A program made the position numbers and the translations under genes. From positions 1,432,188 to 1,496,187 of the forward strand of contig CAWGSZ010000009.1 of NCBI GenBank assembly GCA_963825295.1: DNA of 64,000 bases. The letters run 5' to 3'. Shown here one piece after another: positions 47,470 to 55,968 of the stretch. The notes under the pieces are model-generated. The model had not been told where the DNA came from. It did no database searches and worked only from the letters and a program-made list of their open reading frames with translations. How positions within the stretch are numbered: the first letter of the stretch is position 1; every line of letters begins with the position of its first letter. The stretch comes from Vicinamibacterales bacterium. Its GTDB lineage: Bacteria; Acidobacteriota; Vicinamibacteria; Vicinamibacterales; JAMQPK01.

Positions 47470-49026
47470 ATGGCAGACGAAACCACGAATTCGTACTGGA
47501 TCGACAACACTCCGGCACCACGCGTCTCGGCATTAAAAGAAGACATCGCCGTCGACGTGCTCATCGTCGGGGCGGGCATCACCGGCGTGACGGCCGCGTA
47601 CCTGCTGAAACAGGCAGGACACAGTGTCGCGCTCGTGGACAAGCACCGGTGTCTCGGTGGAGAGACGTCGTTCACGACGGCCCACCTCACCTGTGTCACT
47701 GATTCGCCACTCTCCCAGCTTGTCGGGAGCTTCGGCCGCGATCACGCGCAGGCCGCCTGGGATGCACAGCTCGCGGCCATCGACGCCATCGATCGCATCG
47801 TTTCGCGCGAGCAGATCAAGTGTCAGTTCGACTGGGTACCGGGGTATCTGTTCAACCCCGCGCCACAGATAGGCCGGCCCGCCGGCGACACGACGCCGCT
47901 CGATCTCGAGCAGGAAGCGCAACTGGCCGCCGAGTTGGGCTTCGACGCCGAGTTCGTCACCTCCGTGCCTTTCATCAAAAGGCCGGGAGTCCGGTTCGAG
48001 AACCAGGCGAAGTTCCACCCGCGGAAATACGTCATCGCGCTCCTGCGCCTTCTGAGCGCGGGCAAGGGCTGCCAGGTGTTCGAGCAGACCGAAATCGAAG
48101 AGATCGAAGGCACACCGATCACCGCCACCACGCGAGACGGTCATCGCATCCACTGCGAGCACCTGCTCATCGCGACGCACGTGCCGCTTCAGGGCAAGGT
48201 CGGACTGCTGCCCGCCACGTTTCTCCAATCCAAGCTCGCGCCCTACACGTCGTACGTGGTCGGTGGATGGGTGCCGCGCGGGACGGTCGACGAAGCGCTG
48301 TTCTGGGACACGGGCGATCCGTACGACTATCTCCGCGTCGATCGCCGGCACGATCATGATTTCGTCATCTTCGGCGGCGAGGATCACAAGACCGGGCAGG
48401 TGGAGCGCACGACGGACTGTTTCACACGCCTGGAGCAGCGGCTCAGGCGGTTCCTGCCGGACATCGCGGTCACCCACCACTGGTCCGGACAGGTCGTCGA
48501 GACCAACGACGGGCTCCCCTACATCGGCGAAACCGCCGAGCGGCAATACGCGGCCACGGGATTTTCGGGTAACGGCATGACCTGGGGCACACTCGCGGCG
48601 ATGATGTTCGCCGATTACGTGACGGGCGCGAAGAACCCCTGGGCCGAGCTGTTCGATCCGGGACGCACGAAGATCAAGGGCGGGGTCTGGAACTACATCA
48701 AGGAGAACAAGGATTACCCGTACTACCTCGTCCGCGATCGCTTCGCCGGCGTTTCGACACGATCGTTCCGCTCAATCAAGCGGGGCACGGGCGAGATTGT
48801 CGACGTCGACGGGCAACCCGCGGCCACCTATCGCGGCCTCGACGGGGAAATCCATGTGCGTTCGGCCGTCTGCACCCACATGGCGTGTTACGTCCACTGG
48901 AACGAGGCCGAGCGGACGTGGGACTGCCCCTGTCACGGATCGCGTTTCAGTGTGACTGGTGATGTGCTGGCAGGGCCGGCGGAGGCGCCGTTGGCCGAGC
49001 TCGAAGGAGTGAAAGAACGCAAATAG
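47470..49026 (+). CDS. FAD-dependent oxidoreductase fused to C-terminal Rieske [2Fe-2S] domain
   Basis: Dinucleotide fold VDVLIVGAGITGVTAAYLL. Rieske motifs CTHMAC...CPCHGS. Confidence 0.85.
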   Translation: MADETTNSYWIDNTPAPRVSALKEDIAVDVLIVGAGITGVTAAYLLKQAGHSVALVDKHRCLGGETSFTTAHLTCVTDSPLSQLVGSFGRDHAQAAWDAQLAAIDAIDRIVSREQIKCQFDWVPGYLFNPAPQIGRPAGDTTPLDLEQEAQLAAELGFDAEFVTSVPFIKRPGVRFENQAKFHPRKYVIALLRLLSAGKGCQVFEQTEIEEIEGTPITATTRDGHRIHCEHLLIATHVPLQGKVGLLPATFLQSKLAPYTSYVVGGWVPRGTVDEALFWDTGDPYDYLRVDRRHDHDFVIFGGEDHKTGQVERTTDCFTRLEQRLRRFLPDIAVTHHWSGQVVETNDGLPYIGETAERQYAATGFSGNGMTWGTLAAMMFADYVTGAKNPWAELFDPGRTKIKGGVWNYIKENKDYPYYLVRDRFAGVSTRSFRSIKRGTGEIVDVDGQPAATYRGLDGEIHVRSAVCTHMACYVHWNEAERTWDCPCHGSRFSVTGDVLAGPAEAPLAELEGVKERK

Positions 49027-49116
49027 TCGTAAGGCGCAAGTCGAAAGTCGGTAGGCGCAAGGCGGTCGTGACTTCGCCTTGTGACTTCCGACTTCCGACT
49101 ATCGCCTTGCGACTTC
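49027..49116. repeat. long imperfect word hairpin (AAGTCG/AAGGCG words) between convergent genes
   Basis: gtaaggcgcaagtcgaaagtcggtaggcgcaaggcg faces cgccttgtgacttccgacttccgactatcgccttgcgactt. Confidence 0.55.
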
Positions 49117-49665
49117 CTAGTTCGACTTCGTCTTGGCGACGTTCAGCTCGCCCAGCTTCGCGACCATGTCTTCGGCCGACGTCTCCACCTTGATGGCCTT
49201 GTCGATCGCCAGGATCCTGCCATCGGTGCCGATGTAGAACGTCCAGCGCGTCGCCATCCCCTTCGCGTTGAGCACGCCGTAGGCGGTCGCGACTTCCTTG
49301 GTCGGGTCGCTCAGCAGCGGGAAGTCGGCTTCCTGCGCCTTCGCGAAATCGGTGTTCTTCTCGATCGGATCGACGCTCGCCATGAAATAGGCGACGTTGA
49401 ACTGCCGGATCTTGTCGCCGTTCATCGCCAGCGACTTGCACTCGACGGTGCAGCCCTTGGTGAAGGCGGCGGGGAACCACGCGACGACGACCGCTTTCTT
49501 GCCGGCGAAGTCGGCGAGGTTGTACGTCTTGCCGTCGCTGCCTTGCAGCTTGAAGTTCGGCGCCTTGTCCCCGACTTTCAGCTCGACGGCCGGCGCCTGG
49601 GCGAACGCCATAGTGGCGAACCCGAGCACAAGTCCCGCAATTCCAAGAAGGTTCACACTCTTCAT
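49117..49665 (-). CDS. exported peroxiredoxin-family protein (Bcp/redoxin-like)
   Basis: Signal peptide MKSVNLLGIAGLVLGFATMAFAQ. ..GDKAPNFKLQGSDGKTYNLADFAGKKAVVVAWFPAAFTKGCTVEC... Confidence 0.85.
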   Translation of the reverse strand: MKSVNLLGIAGLVLGFATMAFAQAPAVELKVGDKAPNFKLQGSDGKTYNLADFAGKKAVVVAWFPAAFTKGCTVECKSLAMNGDKIRQFNVAYFMASVDPIEKNTDFAKAQEADFPLLSDPTKEVATAYGVLNAKGMATRWTFYIGTDGRILAIDKAIKVETSAEDMVAKLGELNVAKTKSN

Positions 49666-49720
49666 TGCCTGCCTCCAGTTACTTGTAGGTCAACATAAAT
49701 CCGCCACCCGTCGAGTGGGA

Positions 49721-50251
49721 TTATGGCACTTTTTCGGACCACACGCCCAGTTTCGCCCGGCGCGCGCCCGCCTCGAGCGCGAGGAACTCGTCTCTGCGCG
49801 GATGCGTACCCTGGCGATCGGCGTAGCCATAGCCGAGACGGATCATCTCGGCGTTCAGGAGCGTTTTGCCCGCCAGAAAGATGTAGGCATAGCGCCTGTC
49901 TCCGCCATCGCCCATACGGTAGCCGTCGTACACGATCGTGACGCGCTGGCCGACAGACTTCGACAGGTACGCGACGGCTTCCGGGCCGATGTTGATGCCG
50001 CCGACGAGCTCGGCCGAATTCGGCGCGCCGGAGGCGAGGGAATCACCAGGCGTCACGCGTATCAGCGCGTTGGCGCTTCGCAGCGGCGGCTCGACGCCTC
50101 GCAGACCGACGACGCCGACACCGCAGATCGTGAGCGTGTAGTCGCGCCCGTGGGCCGCGGCGAGCAGGGTGTCGGGCTTGCAGGCCACGTCCTGTGTCGT
50201 ACGGGCCGCCGAGACAAACGTGAGAAATACGAGGGCGAGCGCAACAAGCAT
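49721..50251 (-). CDS. thermonuclease (SNase-like) family protein
   Basis: Signal-anchor MLVALALVFLTFVSAA. The C-terminal part ..RYAYIFLAGKTLLNAEMIRLGYGYA......EFLALEAGARRAKLGVWS resembles SNase. The canonical GIDAPE motif is not conserved. Confidence 0.65.
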   Translation of the reverse strand: MLVALALVFLTFVSAARTTQDVACKPDTLLAAAHGRDYTLTICGVGVVGLRGVEPPLRSANALIRVTPGDSLASGAPNSAELVGGINIGPEAVAYLSKSVGQRVTIVYDGYRMGDGGDRRYAYIFLAGKTLLNAEMIRLGYGYADRQGTHPRRDEFLALEAGARRAKLGVWSEKVP

Positions 50252-50342
50252 GGCGTCTCCTCTCACCGAACGCAGGCATCCATGGTACCCGTTTTGACAC
50301 ACCGGTTTCCGTGAATCTGCGCGCCGGGCGTAGACTGGCACT

Positions 50343-51083
50343 ATGTCGATCGAATCTCAGGACGATCTCGATGGAATCACGCACGCCGGCCGTGTGGTCG
50401 CGAGCGTGCTGAAGGCCATGGCATCGGCGGTTGAAGCGGGAATCACGACGCGGGATCTCGACGGCATCGGCGCCGCGGTGCTGAAGCGCGAAGGGGCCAG
50501 ATCGGCGCCGCGCCTGCATTACCGCTGCCCTTCCGACAACCTCATCAGCGTGAACGACGAAATCGTGCACGGACTGCCGGGCGCGCGCGCGCTGCGCGCC
50601 GGCGATGTCGTAAAGCTCGACGTCACAGCGGAGGTCGGTGGATACATTGCCGACGCGGCCACGACCATCGTGCTTGCGGGCGGACATGAAAACGGCGAAC
50701 GGCTGCGCACCTGCGCGGTCGCGGCGTTCGAAGCCGGCTGCACCGCAGCCACGGCGGGCCGCCGCGTCTCGGAAATCGGCCGTGCGGTCGAGCGCGAAGT
50801 GTCGTCGCGGGGGTTTTCGGTGCTGCGCGAGCTGAGCGGCCACGGGGTCGGCCGCCGCATCCACGAAGAGCCGACCGTCGCCAACTACTTCGATCCCTTC
50901 CAGCGCGACATGCTGACGGACGGCCTGGTGCTGACGATCGAGCCGCTCATCTCGGAACAGAAGACGGGCATCATGCAGGACGCCGACGGCTGGACGCTGC
51001 GCACACGCAACGGCTGCCTCGCGGCCCACTACGAGCACACCATGATCATCACCAAGGGTGCGCCGATCATCGTCACGATCTAA
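50343..51083 (+). CDS. map: type I methionyl aminopeptidase
   Basis: ..NDEIVHGLPG..GDVVKLDV......GYIADAA.., ..GHGVGRRIHEEP.., ..VLTIEP.., ..AHYEHTMIIT.. are the metal-ligand motifs. Confidence 0.9.
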   Translation: MSIESQDDLDGITHAGRVVASVLKAMASAVEAGITTRDLDGIGAAVLKREGARSAPRLHYRCPSDNLISVNDEIVHGLPGARALRAGDVVKLDVTAEVGGYIADAATTIVLAGGHENGERLRTCAVAAFEAGCTAATAGRRVSEIGRAVEREVSSRGFSVLRELSGHGVGRRIHEEPTVANYFDPFQRDMLTDGLVLTIEPLISEQKTGIMQDADGWTLRTRNGCLAAHYEHTMIITKGAPIIVTI

Positions 51084-51105
51084 TCGTCACGACCTAACAG
51101 AAGGT

Positions 51106-51142
51106 CAAAAGATCAGAAGAAATAGTTTCTTCTGATCTTTTG
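51106..51142. terminator. perfect 17-bp hairpin, bidirectional terminator candidate
   Basis: CAAAAGATCAGAAGAAA-tag-TTTCTTCTGATCTTTTG, followed by TTT. It lies between the map stop (51083) and the minus-strand stop (51153). Confidence 0.8.
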
Positions 51143-51152
51143 TTTACCGTGA

Positions 51153-51479
51153 CTACGGTACCGGAGCGAGCGTGGCCGGTTCGCGCAGCACGCGCACGTG
51201 CAGCGGATCCCACGTGCTCCCCTGCTGGATCGACCGCACCGACACCGGAAACGGGAGGTTGTTTGCGGGCGTCACCGGAAGCGGCTGGGGGCCCAGGTTC
51301 ACGCGAAGACCCTGCTCCAGGTAGATCGGAAAGCCCTTCTCGTTCACCAGAACTACCGGCGTCGGCTTGACCAGCTCGGTCTGTGCGCGCGCGACAGGGG
51401 TGGCGCCGTTCAGGCACATCCAGACCAGGCACAGCGCGATGACGGTCAGCACGGTTTTCGTGTAGAGGTCGGTACTCAT
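51153..51479 (-). CDS. small membrane-anchored/secreted hypothetical protein
   Basis: ATGA overlap with the dehydratase stop. Hydrophobic N-terminus TKTVLTVIALCLVWMCL. Confidence 0.5.
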   Translation of the reverse strand: MSTDLYTKTVLTVIALCLVWMCLNGATPVARAQTELVKPTPVVLVNEKGFPIYLEQGLRVNLGPQPLPVTPANNLPFPVSVRSIQQGSTWDPLHVRVLREPATLAPVP

Positions 51480-52402
51480 GACGTCGCATTGCCTCCACTG
51501 ATGACCACGACCACGGTCTCGCCTGCCACGGGCTGGTACGCGCGGGACAGGAGCGCGGCGAATGCCGCCGCGCCGCCGGGTTCGGTCGCAATCCTCATTG
51601 TGTCCCAGAGTGTTTGCCGGCCGCGCACGATATCCGCGTCGGTGACGAGCTTGACGCTGTCGATGTACTGAGTCGTTTCCGAGTACATCAGCTGCCCGAC
51701 CCGCCTCGGCGCGAGCGAGTCGGCCGCGATGCCGTTTGCGGGCGCATCAACCGGCTTTCCCGCCTTGAGGGCGAACGTCAGTGTCGGCGCCTCTTCCTGT
51801 TCGACGCCGATGACGCGGATCGATCCGCGGTACCAGGCCGCAATCCCGCCAATCAGGCCTCCGCCTCCAACGGCGACGAGCACCGTGTCGGCCTCGGGCG
51901 CCTGCTCCTCGAGCTCCAAGGCGAGCGTACCCTGCCCGAGGAGCGTCTCTGGAGCGTCGAACGCGTGAATCGATAGCGCGCCTGTCTTCTCACGCCACTC
52001 TTCGCTGGCCCGCAGCGCTTCGTCGTAGCGATCGCCGACGATTTCCAGCCGGGCGCCGGCCGATCGAATGCGCGCGATCTTGGCGGGCGACGAAATCGTC
52101 GGCACGAAGATCGTGGCGGGCACATTCAGGCGCGCGGCGGCATAAGCGACCGCCGCCCCGTGATTGCCGCCCGAGGCCGCTACGACGCCCGCCGGCGGGA
52201 TGTCTCGCGTCAGCAGGTGGACGAACGCGCCCCTCGCCTTGAACGATCCGGCGCACTGCAGGTACTCGAGCTTGAAGACCAGCCGGCAGTCCGCCAGCCC
52301 GAACTCCCCGCCCGGCACGGCAACGACCGGCGTCCGGCGGATCCAGGGCTTGATGCGTTCATATGCCGCGGCAATCTGCTCGCGACCGAGGTCCGCGTCC
52401 AT
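51476..52402 (-). CDS. PLP-dependent threonine/serine dehydratase family protein
   Basis: PLP-lysine motif LQCAGSFKARGA, glycine loop SGGNHG, fold-type II pattern. Confidence 0.85.
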   Translation of the reverse strand: MDADLGREQIAAAYERIKPWIRRTPVVAVPGGEFGLADCRLVFKLEYLQCAGSFKARGAFVHLLTRDIPPAGVVAASGGNHGAAVAYAAARLNVPATIFVPTISSPAKIARIRSAGARLEIVGDRYDEALRASEEWREKTGALSIHAFDAPETLLGQGTLALELEEQAPEADTVLVAVGGGGLIGGIAAWYRGSIRVIGVEQEEAPTLTFALKAGKPVDAPANGIAADSLAPRRVGQLMYSETTQYIDSVKLVTDADIVRGRQTLWDTMRIATEPGGAAAFAALLSRAYQPVAGETVVVVISGGNATS

Positions 52403-52467
52403 GATGCTTGACAGGTTACTTCGTTAAATGGCAAGAGGTGAAGCGCGCGTTTCGCGACGCGTTGTGA

Positions 52468-52607
52468 ACCACGAAGGCATAACCACGAAGACACGAAGAC
52501 ACGAAGCTAACCACGACGGCTCGACGACTCGACGGTCACCACGAAGGCACAACCACGAAGGCACGAAGACACGAAGGATCACCACGACGACGCGACGACA
52601 CGACGTC
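52468..52607. repeat. two tandem 70-nt units built from ACCACGAAG/ACACGAAG words
   Basis: 52468-52537 versus 52538-52607. The first 39 nt match at 37 of 39 positions, and the remainder at roughly 75-80 percent by eye. Confidence 0.75.
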
Positions 52608-52791
52608 TGGGATAGATGCAGGATTGGGATCGTACGTTCAAAACCTCGGATGAGCGGGTGGCGCCGGGCGGGGCCGCCCCGGCCACGCCCGCAGGTCCGT
52701 CTCCCGTACACGCGTTGTTCGGACCGAGGACGGGACGGGGCAGCCCGGCGACAGGACCCGCTCGGTTGGTTTTGAAACTGCTTGTAGATTA

Positions 52792-53880
52792 CTAGAGCAT
52801 ATGAGCGCGGGTCTCGTCGATCAGTTGCTTCAACCAGCTCATGTACGGCGTCCCGCCCGTGCCGCGCGGGTCGTCGGTCCAGCGACTGATGTACTCGTTG
52901 GCCCACTTGTAGTGGGTCTCCCGGAACGTCGCAATCTGCTCGAGCACGTCGTTGAACGGGACCGCATCGGCGATCTCGCGAATCGAAGGCATCGCCTCGA
53001 TCTCGCTCAGCACCTCGCGATGGGCGATCGGCATGAAGCGCCGCATGTCGGCCAGGTGATTGGTCAGCACCGACGGCTGGTGTGGAATTTTCATGAACGA
53101 CACCAGCGCCGGCATGATGCTGCTCTGCGCGCCCGTCTCGCCGCGAAAGTTCATCGGCCCTTCGGACACACCCTCGTACACCACGTTCTCGAAGAAGCGG
53201 ATGTAAGGCCGGAACGTCTTGTGATACAACGCCGGATCCATCTTCTCGGGCAACCGGCGCAGCACCGTGATCTGCTCGCGCAGCGCAGCCGCGATCTCGA
53301 CGAGGGCGGCGTTCACCGCACCGGCGCGATCTCCGCCTGACGCCGATCCCACACGCCCGACTGCCGCGAGAATGCGCGCGGCGATCGCCTCGATTTCCAC
53401 GTGCACCAGGATGAACCAGTGCTCGTCGTACATATGGACGAAATCCTGGAACGTGTCGATGTTGCCGAGCGTGATGGGCTTCGCCGGATCGAATCGCTTC
53501 CAGTTGTACAGCGCGTAGCCGTCGTAGCTGAGAATCGGCGGCCTGCGCAGCAGGTTGCAAACCTTGCAAAGCGGCAGCGCGAGGTTGTGGGGCAGCAGCG
53601 TCGCCCGCGGCTGCGACGTCTGGTTGACGTAGGCAGAGGCGAGAAACCCGACGCGCACGTAATAGAGATGAAGCTGCCGCAGGTAATCTGGCGTACCGCG
53701 GTCGTCCGGGCACGGCGGGAGCGTGAGCCCTCGGGCGCGCTCGCGGAAGTGCTCGTCCTCAAGGAGGCTCGGCAGGTCACGGCCGATCTCGTCGAGCACA
53801 GACAGCGGCGAGCCGTATGGAAAGGCGACAAGCGGATCCTCGGCTGGCAGAAATCCGCGTTCGGCAAATACGCGATCCAT
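52792..53880 (-). CDS. indoleamine 2,3-dioxygenase (IDO) family protein
   Basis: ..FRGETGAQSS.. and ..GTGGTPYMSWL.. resemble the conserved IDO motifs (G.SAGQSS / GTGGT). Length is 362 aa. Confidence 0.75.
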   Translation of the reverse strand: MDRVFAERGFLPAEDPLVAFPYGSPLSVLDEIGRDLPSLLEDEHFRERARGLTLPPCPDDRGTPDYLRQLHLYYVRVGFLASAYVNQTSQPRATLLPHNLALPLCKVCNLLRRPPILSYDGYALYNWKRFDPAKPITLGNIDTFQDFVHMYDEHWFILVHVEIEAIAARILAAVGRVGSASGGDRAGAVNAALVEIAAALREQITVLRRLPEKMDPALYHKTFRPYIRFFENVVYEGVSEGPMNFRGETGAQSSIMPALVSFMKIPHQPSVLTNHLADMRRFMPIAHREVLSEIEAMPSIREIADAVPFNDVLEQIATFRETHYKWANEYISRWTDDPRGTGGTPYMSWLKQLIDETRAHML

Positions 53881-53937
53881 TCCGGGGCCCGATTATAGAA
53901 CCTGACGCTATACTGCGCTTTTCCCAAGGAGGGGCTA

Positions 53938-54258
53938 ATGCCCAAATATCTGGTTGTCGCGACGTATACGGCGGAAGGCGCAAAGGGCGTGTTGAAGGAC
54001 GGTGGATCCAAGCGGCGTCAGGCGGCCGAGGCGGCGTTGAAGAGCGTCGGCGGAAAGGTCGAAGCGTTTTACTTTGCATTCGGAGACGAAGACGCCTATG
54101 TGCTGATCGACGCCCCCGACAACGCGTCGGTCGCGGCGGCGTCGTTGACGATCGGCGCCAGCGGCGCCGTTCGCACGAAGACCATCGTGCTCCTCACACC
54201 CGAGGAGATGGATCAGGCGATCAAGAAGGCGCCGGCCTATCAGGCGCCCGGGCGCTAG
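53938..54258 (+). CDS. GYD domain-containing protein
   Basis: MPKYLVVATYTAEGAKGV........GGKVEAFYFAFGDEDAYVLIDAPD.. is the typical GYD family pattern. Confidence 0.8.
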   Translation: MPKYLVVATYTAEGAKGVLKDGGSKRRQAAEAALKSVGGKVEAFYFAFGDEDAYVLIDAPDNASVAAASLTIGASGAVRTKTIVLLTPEEMDQAIKKAPAYQAPGR

Positions 54259-54265
54259 ACAGGTT

Positions 54266-55213
54266 CTATTCGCGTGTCACGTCTCGGGCACCCTTGTCGC
54301 CGCGCAGCCCCACGAACGCGGAATGACGAAGGTGCCCGTCGCGTGTCCATTCGGTGAAGGCGATCTCCACGATGAGCGTGGGCTTCACCCACGTCAGCGC
54401 CTTCATGTCTTCTTCGGTCACCCCCTCGCCCCAGTGTCCCGTCTTGCCCGTCGGCAGATCGGCAAACGGGCACGTCGCTGTTTTCAGCGGGCGCAGCAAC
54501 CCAAAGATTGTCGCGCGTTGCGCGGCCGTCAGGCCGGCCCGCACGCGCCCCGCGAACCGGAGTTTGCGTTTTTCGTAGTATCCGACGACGAGCGATTGAA
54601 AGGTGCGGTGTTCGGGCTTGTAGCCGCCGACGACGAATTCCTGGCGGTGCTGGACTTTGAATTTCTGCCACGCGCCGCTGCGCTTGCCGGGCTCGTAGCG
54701 CGAGTCGCGGCGCTTGGCGACGACGCCTTCCAGCCCCACGCTGGCGATGGCCTGGACGATCTGATCCGGAGTGCCTCGAAGCTCGTCCGAGAATTCCAGT
54801 TCTGATCCGGCGACGAGTTTGCGCAAGGCGGCGCGTCTGACCGCGAGCGGCTCCCCCTGCAGATCCGTCCCATTGAGGTGCAAGAGATCGAAGGTGAAGT
54901 AGCGGATTGCCGTGGCCTTCGCCGTCCGGTGCTGCAACTGCTGAAACGATGGGCGGCCGGATTCGTCGAAGGCGACGACCTCGCCGTCGATGATCGCGGC
55001 ATTTGCGGTCAATTTCTCCGCAGCCTGTCGAACGGCCGGGTACGACCGGGTCAGGTCGTTCCCGTTGCGCGAGATAATGGTCACTCTCGGACCGTTTTTC
55101 AGCACCAGCGCGCGGTAGCCGTCGAACTTGGCCTCGTACAACCACGCGTCCCCTTCCGGCAGTGCCGTCACCGGCAGCGCGGCCATCGGCTGAACGAATC
55201 GCACGTCGCGCAT
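54266..55213 (-). CDS. ATP-dependent DNA ligase (LigD ligase-domain type)
   Basis: LYEAKFDGYRAL (KxDG), IIDGEVV, LEGVVAKR, GAWQKFK, OB-fold C-terminus. Confidence 0.85.
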   Translation of the reverse strand: MRDVRFVQPMAALPVTALPEGDAWLYEAKFDGYRALVLKNGPRVTIISRNGNDLTRSYPAVRQAAEKLTANAAIIDGEVVAFDESGRPSFQQLQHRTAKATAIRYFTFDLLHLNGTDLQGEPLAVRRAALRKLVAGSELEFSDELRGTPDQIVQAIASVGLEGVVAKRRDSRYEPGKRSGAWQKFKVQHRQEFVVGGYKPEHRTFQSLVVGYYEKRKLRFAGRVRAGLTAAQRATIFGLLRPLKTATCPFADLPTGKTGHWGEGVTEEDMKALTWVKPTLIVEIAFTEWTRDGHLRHSAFVGLRGDKGARDVTRE

Positions 55214-55246
55214 CAGTGGTAGGCAATGATTATCGCCTCGCGGCCG

Positions 55247-55714
55247 CTAGAGAAGGGTGGAGTTCGTGCATGGTCCGCCTTGTGGTCGCCTTACGGATCG
55301 AGTTGCCATGGACCCGCTCGTTCGCTGGCAGCGCAGCCGCTCTCTCAGCCGGAGCAAGCCGTCGATCGTGCTGGTCAAGCGGGACTCCTCGGTGGGCATG
55401 ACCAGGTACGAGGCGCCGGCTCTGCGTGCCTCCGCATCGAGCACGGGATCGAACACGTTGTGCGTGATGATGCACGGCGATGCAGGATCGAGCGCGTGCC
55501 GCAGCCAGGCGAGATGGAGACCGTTGAAATCTCCCAGACGAACGTCGGACACAACGATGCTGGTACCGCCGGTCCGTATCCACGCACGGGCTGCCTCGAA
55601 GGACGCGATGGTGGCAAACGAACATCCAATCCCGCGAAGCGCCTGCTCGACCTGGATGCTCATCGCCCAGTCAACCGACACAACCACGACGTCCGGTGAT
55701 GACTTCTCCGACAT
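55247..55714 (-). CDS. stand-alone atypical receiver (CheY-like) domain protein
   Basis: AGGAGG lies upstream of the ATG at 55714. VVVVSVDW..IVVSDVRLGDFNGLHL..CIITHN..YLVMP follows receiver topology, but the conserved Lys position reads Met and the acidic pair is degenerate. Confidence 0.55.
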   Translation of the reverse strand: MSEKSSPDVVVVSVDWAMSIQVEQALRGIGCSFATIASFEAARAWIRTGGTSIVVSDVRLGDFNGLHLAWLRHALDPASPCIITHNVFDPVLDAEARRAGASYLVMPTEESRLTSTIDGLLRLRERLRCQRTSGSMATRSVRRPQGGPCTNSTLL

Positions 55715-55968
55715 TCCTACCTCCTGGGCCGTGACATTCGTCCCGGAGCCATAGGGCAATTGACCTGCCACAACGGGACCCATTGCAAAGTCTTGAAAGA
55801 GAGTCCCTTAAGGCAAAGCACGAAATTGTGCGTGCTTTTTCTTGCATTGTTCTTGGCTAGGGCGACGGACGATTGCACAAAATCTCATCAGACAAAACTG
55901 AGATCGACAGTTCACAGTTATCAGTTCTCAGTCTTGAAAACTGACAACTGACGACTGATAACTGAAAA

